Of a stretch of 64,000 nt of DNA, positions 13,401-26,100 are shown piece after piece (positions within the stretch are counted from its first letter, which is position 1; every line of letters begins with the position of its first letter). The translations under genes and the position numbers were made by a program. Source of the DNA: Paraspadella gotoi (lineage: Eukaryota; Animalia; Chaetognatha); NCBI GenBank assembly GCA_051294375.1, contig CM119263.1, positions 3,311,232 through 3,375,231 on the forward strand, read 5' to 3'. The notes under the pieces were generated by a model. It did no database searches. It was given only the letters and a program-made list of their open reading frames with translations, and was not told the origin of the DNA.

Positions 13401-14994
13401 ATCTGACGGCCCCGATACGGATCATCTCTTGGCTTCTACTTTTCTCAACTCTCGCTATTTGACAAACGCCGTCACGCCCACTGCCTCGACGCCCGAATCG
13501 ACGCTCAAACGAGAATCGACGCCGAAAATGGAATCGACGCCGGCGCCGCTGGAACCAACGATCCAGCTCACGACGGCGCCGTCGATTCAAGCGGCGCCGT
13601 CTTTTGAGGGATCCTACGATTCCGCCGACGGTCCCACCTCCAAGCGTCAACCGGCGAAACAAAAGATCAAAAGGATGGAGAAAAAAGATGGAGAAAAATC
13701 CGAGTTGAAACAAAAAAGATCAGAGGCGCTGGCGATGGTGAGGAACAACATCAAATCGATGAACGACTCAGGGTGAGTTAATGATGGGGAAGGGAAAGAG
13801 TCTACGAGATTAATTGTCAAGTCTAAAAACCTAACTTTTGTTTTTTTACCACAACAACAGCGCGACCTCTCCCGTCGTCAATGGATATCACTCGGATCAA
13901 CACAGCAAAAAAAAGGGCAACAAAATTTCCCCCGCAAAACTGATGGATGTTCAGAAAGGTGATTTTTTTTAAACTTAAAACTTTACAATTATTAAAAGTT
14001 AACTATCAACGAAAATATTCCGATTTTCGATGCAGAGATCCGAAACTTACCCTCGGCGACTTACCAAGCGGTGCCATGGACGTTGAGGGTGAGGAAGGAA
14101 ATTTTCAGTCCGTTGGAGATGAGAGAAAACAAGAATCCGGTCGTCCAGGATTTGTTATTTTATCAAGTAAGTAATTTGGGAAACAGTAAAAATGTTACAA
14201 GGATAGTAAAGAGTTTATTGTTCAATTCTCAACGATTTTAACACCAGATCTTTCAAGATGTTCAAGATAAGTGCACCAAGTTGAGAATCCCGGCAGAGGG
14301 CAGAACGAGAATGAATCATTTGTTCAAACAAAACGGCATCACAACGTTGAGCATTTTCGAGCGGCAATTCGACATACGCGTCAAACAAAAGGTTTTATTT
14401 TCTTTCATTTATTTATTTATTTATTTATTTATTTATTTCTTTATATATTTATATATTTATTTCGTTATTTATTTATTTATTTATTTATTTCTTTTTTATC
14501 TCATTTATTCATATATTTGTTTATACATTTATTTATTTTAAGGTGATTGACGTCGCCCTTGAGTGGCCGCTCTACTTCTCCCGTCTCTTCGCCGCCAGAG
14601 CGGCGGTGGCGGCGCCAAGCGGCGAAAGTAGGAACACGAAAATCGTCGCCGTTTCTCACCAGGAAGTTCATTTCCTCGCAGGAGCTAAGGTAAGGAGCTA
14701 GCGGGAGAGGTGAGGAGCGGTTTGGAGGAGATGAGGAGCGGCTTAGAGGAGTTATGGAGCGGCCTAGAGGAGTTGTGGAAGAACTTTTTTTCTATCTTAA
14801 TTGAGTTAGTATTAGTAATAGTAAGAACTCTTTTAATTTTCTCCATTTCGCCGATCGGAAACGACGATTCACTCTCACCCCAGAACGAGATCGTCTTCTC
14901 TCTCAACTTCGACGAAATTCTAGAAGTTGAGACGACGACGGATGAGAATCGACTTCTCATGAGATTCAAGTCGAGAAGAGGAAGAGGAGGAGAA

Positions 14995-15026
<32 letters not shown>

Positions 15027-16008
15027 GGAAGAGATCAGGATCAGCTGCAAAGACGCGGCGGCGCTGCGAAAATTGGTGAGTACAAAATTAAATAAGGAGA
15101 AAATGTCAAAAAGGTAAAAAAAATGAAGAGAATTCTTCTTTTTTAGTCATCGACAATCAAAAGGAATTCCGAATTTTTTTTCATTTTAAATTTACGTGTT
15201 TTTTTTTTATGGGAGAAATCTTTGGTTAAGATATTAGCCAAAAAAGTCGTTTTGAATTAGTAACTTTTATCATAGAATCATTTTCGCACCCGATACCAAA
15301 TGAAAATGACAATTGTTGACAGTGAAAGTTAATATAATCTCAAAAATAATCTAAAAATACGTTTTAATACATTTTTAAAAAAAAAATTTTTACCAATAAA
15401 AAAGACTATATTAACATAATGGACAACAGCGTAAAAATATTGGAATGGTATTGGTAACTATATCAAATTATCAATAACAGCGTAAAAGGCTGGAACACAG
15501 TAAACAAATAAAAACTACACTGTAAAAGCAAAGGTCAGTAACAAATTCAAACGAAACTTTTAAGAATGTTAAACGCTAAAACGACAAAAGGTTGAAACGT
15601 TAAAAAACGTTAAAAACAATTAAAAAAAAACAAAACAAAACCCGTCATGTAAAAGGAAATAACGCGAGCAAAGTGTAAAATATTTTAATTTTTAAAATTT
15701 TTTTAAATTAATAAAAACATGTTTACAGAAATAGAATTATATTTTATTACTCCAAACATTAGAAAACATTTATTGCATTCAATTAAATTTTGTAGGGAAA
15801 TATACTTTAATTTGTAAAGTTAAAACTCAATATTTTCTTGTCTCAATAAATTTTTGTTTATTAAGATAATTTTCAAAACGTTATAAAATAAAACGAAAAA
15901 AAATTATATTAAACTTGTTTTCAAAAGCGCATCGAGAAGGAAATGAATACAAATTTAAATGCTACGATATGCAAATGAGATTGAGGTATCCTGGAACTTA
16001 AATTCTTT

Positions 16009-16101
<93 letters not shown>

Positions 16102-19100
16102 CCCCAGATCCTCTGCCACTGCATCGAGTCCGAACGCGTCGTCATCTACGTTCGCGCCGTCGCAGACTTCCGCGTCGACGCCGTTCCGAAGCGGCCGGCG
16201 TCACCCGGCGCCGCCTCCAACCGTCCGTCGTCCAGAGGCCTTCATTCCCGAAGAAGATCGTCCGCGTGGCGAAGCCGAAGCCCGAGTGGCTCGACCTCAG
16301 AGTCGGAGACGTCGTTAAAGTGTCGCGGAGGCTTCCCAGAGACAAGGTGGGGTTCGTTTGACTCATTCATTGACGATTTGAGTGATTGATTAATTAATCT
16401 TTTCTTATTTATTTACCAATTAATAAATTTATTTTTTTAAAGAATTTATTGCCATTTAATTGTTTTACACTTTTGATTGATTGAATTATTGATTGATTGT
16501 ATGACTATGACTGTATCGACTGTTTGGTTGATTGATCGATTGCCCGACTGATTCGATTCCAAGTATTATTATTTTCTTACCCTGCTCCTCTGACCACGTG
16601 ACCCAACCCATTTCAGACTCACGACGAAGATCTCCTCTACGGAACTCTGCGCGGCCACGTCGGCTTCTTTCCCGCCGACAAAACGCAGAAGATTTCGTCG
16701 GCAGAGCTGGCGACCGTCACGGTTCCGTCCGCTGCCACTGGAGAGAGGTTAAAGGGAAAATAATGATGGGTTCTTGATGGAGTTGGATTGATGTCGTGAT
16801 GGGGTTGCAAAAATTCTCGATTTATCGATTTCACGACCACGTTGTGGTTCTCTTCGTGAACATCAAATTGATCGTTCTCGTCGTCAACATAATTGTTTAA
16901 CGACAAAAACATCATTTTCTTCGTTGACATCGTCAAAATCATCATTTCACAAACATTTGGGTCCGCTGCAACATCGTTTATCATTGTCATCATCGGCAGT
17001 GATATCATTCACTATCAGTTATAGAAGGCGTCCTTCTATCATCGCAATTATTTTCATCTTTAACAACAACATCAAAATGCAATCAAATACATCGTCTTTA
17101 ACTTTTCTTTACTTCTACTCCAGCAAAGAGTTGACGGCCCGTTTGGCGGAGACCTTCACGAAGGCGTCAGAGAAGAAGTCGGTCTTCGACGAGAAACTTG
17201 GGTTCGACGGACGAACGATGTCGACGAGCGAATCCAAGTCTGGAGGGACATCCTTCACTTTCATGGAATTCGCCTTGAAGTACTTCAATCAGGTCAGTCA
17301 GAGTGGGAAGTGATGTGATTGGCCAGAAATAGTCGACGATTGACCAATGACCAATGACAAGACGACAACCGTGAAACGACAATTTAATTCGGGGAACGTT
17401 CAAACAAGATTGGCATTAAAATTGTGCATAAGACGTAAGAAGAATAATCGCTTGTACACATTTAATTTTGCTTTCATTTAAAAAAAATTCATTTAATTAG
17501 AGTCTTATTTTTGCTTCTCGAGACAACAAAATGTCTGTGCCATAATCATGTAGTAAACACAATTTCGTTGTCGTCAAATTCAAACTTTTACGAAGTCACA
17601 AATTAAACTTATATATGCATATTGTATTGAATTTTTCTCAATACAATATATACAAATATATATAAATATACAAATACAATCAATACAGTCTCCTCTAAAT
17701 CAGGTTCCGGAGCCTGAGTCGGCAAAGCGTAAGAAGAAAGCCGGCGGTGGCGGCAGCAGCGGCGGCAATGGCGGCGGCAGCGGCGTTGACCGTGATTGGC
17801 TACTCCGCTCCACCGCTGAATCCATTCGCTTTACTCCTCATCCTCGCCAGACGTCGCTACTCAAATTCGACGACGAAAAACTGGAAAGAGTCAGCGTCGA
17901 CACTTTTAGAGGTTGTCGGCGAGATGTTGTCGGCTGGGGTCGGCTGATGTCGGCTTGGTTCGGCTGGGGTGTGCTGGGGTCATCTGTCTAGTTCTTTTGA
18001 CATTTTGAAATTTTGACATTAGCCTCCGGCGCTAATGAATCATTTCCTCTTAGACTCAATGACGGTCACCTTTCGTTTTTTTTCCTTTTTTCTTTTTAAC
18101 TAACAAAATAATGTGGGCGTGGGTTCGAATCTCACCTCTGCCACCACAAAATAGTAAATAGTCGAAATTCTTAAGTTAAAATTAGAGTTGAATTTATTGA
18201 GGAGAAATATCGAGGGTGAAACTCGATGGGAAGAATGAACAGGATTTCATTCTCCAAAGTCAAAAGCAAAGAATTCTATCTACAAGGGAACAATCATTTT
18301 TCAAACTAGAGAAAGGGATCCAAGACGCGAGATACGAAACGCCAATGGAACCATTGTTTCCATCTTCTTGGAAGCTGATTGGTCGATTCCAACTAATCAC
18401 GTGACGAGGTTTCAATCAAGCGAAAAAGAGAGAGTTTTTTCCTCTTAAATATATTTGCTTTCACTATCTCGTTTGTCCTGCGATGCTAAATTTGAACTTT
18501 CCTTTTTTCCCGTCCGCCCCTTCATTTTTCCCCCTTATTTTCTATTGCCTCTCCCTACCCATTCTCCCTTTCCTTTATTCCCTTGCCTCTCTCCTTTCCT
18601 CCTTTACCTCGCGCTTCCTCTCCCTTTCCTCCTCTTCCTCCTCCTTTCCTCCAGACGTGATGATGTTCATGGGCGACCTTCCTCTCCCGAGCGGCAAGTC
18701 GGCCGTCGAGTGCGCCTACGATATCTTGAAGACGAGTCACAGAGAACCCGGGGTCATAGATGAGGTCTACTGTCAGATCGTCAAGCAGATCACGCATAAC
18801 AAAGGTAAGCATGATTGGTAATTTGCTTCTTTGTCTAATAATAAGTTTTTTAAATCATTTGTATGTTTGTATGTATTTTTTTGTTTCTTTCGAATTTATT
18901 CAAAATGAAGACGAATTTAATACGAAGGAAGCTTCGGTTTATTAAATTAAATATTTATTGATTATTTAAAAGCTAAGGAACGATGAGGCGAAAACTAGGA
19001 TTTAAATTAATTCACGGAATAGAGAGTTTTTCATTTTGATGGCGGCGACGAAGCAAGCGAGAGTTATATTTCGGCGACCAATCAAAATCGCTCATTCCAA

Positions 19101-20998
19101 CCGACCAATGAGAGGCGTTCTCGCCGGTCGAATCACGTTCCGGCTTTGATCTTCTCGTAGATCTCTTTGTCGGCGACGTATTTGCTGTTGCAGATGAAAG
19201 TCTCCGCTTGAGGCGTCATGGGGAAGCAGCCTTGCTCGTGGACGAAGGGGCGGGTGACGCAGTTGACGACCGCATCGGCAGAGAGACCCTTGGGACGGTT
19301 AATATTTAATTCAATTGTCAAATAATTTAAATAATAAATATATACTATTGATTAAACGATTCGTTAGTCTCGATATCGAGAGCTTTTTTGAGAATCAATA
19401 ACGGGCCGCGATCGAAATCCTACGCCCGACAGCCCGATTGAACCGCCTCAGGGTGGGGGTCCGTCGACCGCCTTGATTTGACCCCGTCGGGTCAGGGCCC
19501 AGACGGCAAAAGTCAAAGGGCCCGATGACCGAGGGGTACGGGTGGAGGAGGAGAGAGAGAAAGAGCCTGAAAGCGCAATCACTTTGAAAAAAGTCGCCCG
19601 CATATTTAACGCCTTCATTACTAATTTAAAATTCTATAGCCAAGTATATATATTTTGTTATTATTTTGTTTCTGAACCGTTTCGTGGACTGTGTTTGTTT
19701 TGTTTCTATTTTTATTTACCTCGGCCGTCAGCGCGCGCCACAATTGACTGAGAATGATTGGCCTTCGTCTCGGTTCGTCATTCAACCATTTTCTTCTGAT
19801 CAACGCGTCTTTGTAATCCCTGATTGGCCAATGGCCAAGACAAGTTTTTTTTTTCTTTTTTTTCTCTTTTGTTTCTTGTTTTTCGTTTCTCTTTAGTTTC
19901 CTTACCTTTTCGAGATGATCACCCTGTCCCCGCAGACGAGATTGGCGCCAAAGGACGCCGCCACGCCCACTCGCGGAATCCTTTGCCCGACGGCACCGCC
20001 AAGTGACGCCGCCGAGTCTGCCGACTGAGAGGCACTGTTTGGTGCCGCGCGATTCATAATAAACGATCATACAAATAAACGATTGTCCTATTATACAAAT
20101 ATTAACAAAAAAGAAAAACATACTAACTCGACCTATAAAGACATAAAAAATAGTGGTACCAAAATTAAATTGTAGTAAAATGGCGTCATTGACGTACTTG
20201 AACTGAAACTATTGCAACAAACAAACAAACAAACAAACTACTGCGACCTCAACGATTAAGATTATTTTTATTTCATTTTAAACCAACGAACAAACAGACG
20301 TAAATTAATTTTTACGAACAAAACCGGTTCTCGATAAAAAAAAAATGTCGGTTCGTTTGTCTGTTTGCGTCGCCTACTCACTTGACTCTAGCGTCGGCCA
20401 GCGAAACCGGCCGACAATTCCATCCGTCGGCCCCAACTCCCCCGTGGGTCACGACGACGCAGAAGATCGACTTCAGGTCGAAAATGTCTTCGGCGGGAAG
20501 GAGACCCCTTTCGCTGTGGACGTCGAGATTGGGTCGCAGTGGCTCGTCCGGGATGGTCACTCCGTTGGCTCGAAGCCAAGAGATGAAGGGGGAGACTCTG
20601 GTTGCGGAAGCGTTGGAGAGAATATGTTGCGGAAGAGTTGCGGCAAAAAGATGATGCAATCAAACAAAAAAAAAACAACAAAAACAAAAACAAAAACAAA
20701 AATCAACTAATAAAAAGCAAACACACTAACAATAAACAAACAAGCAATTAAATTAAAAAGCTAATAAACTAATAAATAAATTATAAAAGCAAAACAAACA
20801 AACTTTGAATCTATTTTGTCTCGAATCGAACCTGGTAAAAGCAGCGCCTTCTGGACAAGACTTGACGGGGTAACGATGGACGCCGATGAGGCGCCAGACG
20901 CCGTCAATCAGCGCCACCAACGGACCGCCTCTGTCCTCAACGCAGACACCGGGCCGACTGAGGAGAGGAGAAAGAGAAAATCGGTTGAAGATGGTAAA

Positions 20999-21048
<50 letters not shown>

Positions 21049-23100
21049 CGGGGGACTAATTGACACGTATATACAGACTGAGAGAGAAAGAGACAGCCAA
21101 GCCAGACAGACAGACAGACCTAGACAAAGAGACAGATGGCCAAAAATAGGTTCAGACAGAAAGAAAAACCGACATTAAGACAGAACAACTGAAAGAACGA
21201 TTCAATTCCTCTCGGACTTACTTCAACCCGACGGCGCAAATTCCAAATTCGTCTTTTGTCGTTTCTCCCGCCGCCGCTGACGCTGACGCTGCCGCCGTGC
21301 AGCTGCTGACCTTGATTCTTTCGAGAAAAAGGTGAGGGCGGAGGAGAAGTAGGAAGGCGGTGCCCCACCCGGCGGTGAATACGCTGCAGGATGAGGTGGA
21401 GAACGTTGTGGTTTTCATCATCACCATCATCACCATCATACATTGTCATCGGAAGCATCATTATAATCATTCTCATCATTGTTGTGTTTCTCATATAAAC
21501 AACAATAATAACAGCAACAACAAACAACAATGACGCACTTGGTCTCCCCGGCAAAGTCGTAGTCGACGTCCATCTCCGGATCCGGTAGACAAATCGGCCG
21601 GACGAACTGATTGAACCTGATGTCGCCGGCGAGAGAGATGAGCGCCAAATCCGCGCCGGCGCTCCATCTCTCGTGAAGAATGAATTGGGTGGCGCCAATT
21701 GATGCCGCTGAGGATTCGAGCGGCGCGTCAAGCGGTAGGAACCGGGTGCCGAAAGTCACGAGGACGCGGCGCTGGTGGAGTGGGAGGGGTGGGAAGGGGC
21801 AACTAATTTGCATATTGTAGTACTGAAAATAAACGTTATATTTTTTGTTTCAGAGTTTGATATATGATTTGTTTTTCGGTCCTTATATAAATATTTATGT
21901 TCTTTGTTATTGATTAACAAGAATCAATATAATATTTTTATTAAATAGGTTATATAATAGGTTCACAGTTTATTCATTATTAAAGAAACTGAGAATGTGA
22001 CAGCTGACTGGGGGTGACGGGAGCCGACAGTGTTAGTAAAAGATACAAGAAAAGCAAATGGACAGCAGAAGTGCCGAACTAAAGTTGACAGTTAAGTTAA
22101 AGGCTCCAGTAAAAGAAATTTAAGAATAAAAAATAAATATATGATCTAAGTATTTATCTCATTTACTTCCTGGTTCATCAAAACTCACCGGGTCGGGCAT
22201 TTCTCGTCCCTCCCGCGTTACGCACGACGCCGATGTCAAAACGTGACGATCGTCCAAAACCGCGCCGCCGCAAACCGGCGTCACTAAATGATCCGGCGTC
22301 GTGATAGTGACAAAGGCTTGCCACGGGACGGCGCTCGTATTCACTGAACTTGCCTAGACGGTTGTTTTAAGTTATGATAGATTCAATAAATTATGATTCA
22401 AAATTAGACAAATGTTGCTTATTAAATGTTAATTTTGTTTGTTTATTTTCGAGACTTGCCGCTTGTAAAAATGTTTGGTAGAAATCGTTCGGCAGCGCAG
22501 CGCCGCAGCTGCCGTCGTATGGAATAAGTTTTGTCGTGTTTCGTCCTGAGAAATGATAAAGGGTGTTGAGCTACTAAAATTATAAGAATTATTAATTACA
22601 ATAAATATTAGGTAATCTATTTCGATTCCTGAATATGTTTACGCTCGAGTTTTAGATTTAGATTTAGTTTTAGATTTAGATTTAGTTTTAGATAAGTAGT
22701 TAAGCTAGTAACATAGCAAGAGCTTGCAAGCTTTCACTCAAGACTCAGTCTTGTCTATCTCCTACTAAAGCTCATAGATTCCATATCGATAAACAAATTA
22801 TGTATGTATGTACTGTTGTGCTATTTAACAAAAGGGACACTTCAATTTGCACTTCGCGATGCCTTTCACTTTGAACAATGGGTTTGGTTAATGAGTTGGG
22901 TAAATTGATTGATTGACTGATTAGTACCTGATTGCTGGGAACTGATTCCGCAGACAAAGAGAAAAATTGCGATGCGACTAATCGTCATCTTTTTCGTCGT
23001 CGTCGTTTTAAAAAACTCGGAAGAAAAAAAAATGGGGGAAGTTTGAATGTAACGAGGATATAAGATTGATTGCGACGAGAGAGAGAGAGAGAGAGTGAGT

Positions 23101-23133
<33 letters not shown>

Positions 23134-26100
23134 TAGTAGAGGTGACAAAAAAGGTTAATCCCTACAATTTGAATAACACAGCGATCGATTCAGTTTTTTA
23201 ACCGTCATTTGAATTACACACATTTCAGAAATTTTCTTTTCGTTAAAATATCCGATCGAATACTAAGACGCTTATCCAACTTTCATCGATATCTGTCCTT
23301 CGGTTTTCGATAGGTCTATCCTTCTGTTTTGATCGAGGCCATGAAGGTTAAAACTCGTCCTCGAGAACATAATCTCGCGCACGCCCTTTTGCGATGCCAC
23401 CCCCGTGGTAGGGCGGCATTCGAGCGACGTTCTTAAAACTCCGATCTTATGTATTTGTTAAATTTTTATTTGTTCCGAGAGAGTCTCTCGGTTGTTTGAA
23501 TTCGTATTTTTAGTTGCTTACGAAGTATCTGATTGATCATTGATCAAGTATTTTAAACGTCGCTCTCTGATTGGTTCGTCCTTATGATTGTACCTTAACC
23601 AAAGATATAAAAGACACGTGCATAACTAAAATTAAGATGATAAGTTACCAATGATTCGTGACAGTCGGTAAGCATTTAAAATGATATTTTGTAATTTTAT
23701 GGTTAAGCTTAAAGTTGATTATTTTTAATAAGTTCTTTTTTTTTGTGTATCTTTATAAATAGTCTCCCTTCTACATGCTTCACGTCTCACGCTCATGTTA
23801 TATCTACTACGATAAATATTACTTAATTTATATACTTCGAATTTCTATAAATGAAAAGCAAGTCAGAATACACTAGCTCGCTCACAGCGTTACGGTAAAA
23901 TCCTCAATAGTATTAATATTGGAAGTTTGAAATGTACGGCGCAAATGTGCGGCGCAAAAAAAAGTACCCATTAGTTAGCTTTAAATGCACCACTATTTTT
24001 TTTTAATCTTTAAAAAAATGTAGATAAAAACTATAGCTTTTTAAGAGCTTTTGAAGAGACGGGCATAGCAAAGTTCACCCCGCCTCTAAGCATGACACCT
24101 TCGGTCCTGACCCGGTGGCTCATTGAGTAAAGCCATCAGCTCATGACCACTAGGTACCGGGTTCAATCCCAAATCGGTACCTACCCTGCGGGAAGTGTGA
24201 GGACAGCCGTAAGCCGCCTTGGGGTCTTGGTTCCAAGCCCAGGACCCGTTCCATAGCTGCTAGAGGGAAGAAGTTACGGATAGTCATCTTCAGCCCACTT
24301 AGCGCCTTATCCACAGTGATTATTGTTATGTGTTAGTGACAGAACCGTTCAATATAAGCAGTCCCTGAGCTTCGAATCAGGCTGTAACACCATGTTACAG
24401 GCGGGTTAAGCGCCCCGTCCCTCTTAACTGCCAGACGATCACCGGGCTAGAACCCCGGACTTTGGGTTGGGAGGCGAATGACTTGCCTCCGGCACCAATG
24501 GCCGCTGATGAACGGTTGATGGATTTTGGTCCACCATATGTCTTTCGTTCAGCGGGATTGTATATCTGACATCTATTTTTAGTTTTTTGTTAACCTTTTT
24601 TCAATAAGTTAAACAACCAGTGGAATTTCCATCAATTCGCCAAATATTATTATCATTAGATAATTTGTAGTTTTTATAACCTTTTAGTTTTGCAAAACTT
24701 CAATTTTTTAATGGGTAAACAATACTACAAGAATAAAAACCAAAAATGATAACATCTGTTTATCTTCAGGAGTTCCCACTTCTTGTCAACAAGGCTGGCG
24801 TCTGCTCTGCATTTTCTCTGCCTTTTTCCCTTCATCCGAAACGCTCAAACCTTACCTGATCAAGTATTTACAGGTAAGTGTAACGGAAGGATGGATTGAT
24901 TAAGAAAAGATTAATTTATATATATCTACATTAGTTTATTTTCCTAAAACTTTGAAGGATCACGCAGTCAGCGCGAAGCACAACGAGGATCCGTCCGCCG
25001 CTGCTCAAGATCACGCGGGTAAGTGAAGTTTTGGGCGAGTCGAAGATAAAACGGGTTAAAAAAAAACTACGGCCAGACACTTTAGAACACTTTGGACACT
25101 TTGGACACTTTTTAGGAATATTGAAATTAAATTCATAATCGTTCCGGGGCTATGTTTTCTAAAAATCAGCATTAAGTAAGTTTCTAATTTTAGTTTAAAA
25201 GGTAAGGTTAGGGAATTGGGGTTAGGATTATGGTAAGGGATTATGATAACGCATTGGGTTAAGTATTTGGTAAAAGATTAGGGTAAAATATTTGAGTTCT
25301 GATTTCTGAAAATAGTGGACCAAAACTTCGAAGCCGGCCGAGCAATAACTTAAATTCAATGCGTTCCTATATTGTTTTAACAATTGGGAAAACTGAGTCG
25401 GATCTATCTAAATGGTGATAACTTGGAAGTTATTTCAATTGGTATCTCTAGTAATAAGCGAAATATACGAAAGGAAAATAGAACTTTTTCTGAAAACTTT
25501 TTTTTTTATTGAACTAAAGAATATTTACAAATTAAAATCTGAAAAACAAAAACAAATGGATCTGTGAATGTAAAAGCAGCAAAAAATGAGCTAAGACTAA
25601 GTGACAAGTAATAAACTTTTAATTAAACTGGATTAAAAAAATAAAAATAAACTGGAAAAACAAATCGCGTCCAAAAATGACGATCGTCGACTAAGATATT
25701 GCTTTCATTTTAAAATTAGTTCGAAAATGACAAAGTAAAACTGTTTAATTAATATAAGAGAAGGGAGATCTGTTCTTTTAATCCCATCAAAAATATTCAT
25801 TTTAATGGGAAGGAAAAAATACTTTTTTAAAAAATTACATGTACAAAAAAAACTTAAAAAATGAAATAAATGTTGGGAGATCTGTGGCGAACGATGCCAG
25901 GTGCGTCTGCGTCTCTGACTTTGAAAGTTTACTTTGAATAGTAAAAATGTTTCCAGAACAAAATTGATTTATTTGTTCAATCTTAAAAACAATACCTTAA
26001 TAAAATAATTAAAGCATATAGATATTCATTAGAAATATCCATATGCTCAACAAGCAATGGTAATAACAATAATACTGTCAATCAGTAAATAATAATTACA

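Noticed and set aside
24110-24182. Functional tRNA-Met gene
   Set aside because: Acceptor and anticodon stems do not pair properly, and it is embedded in a multi-copy repeat.
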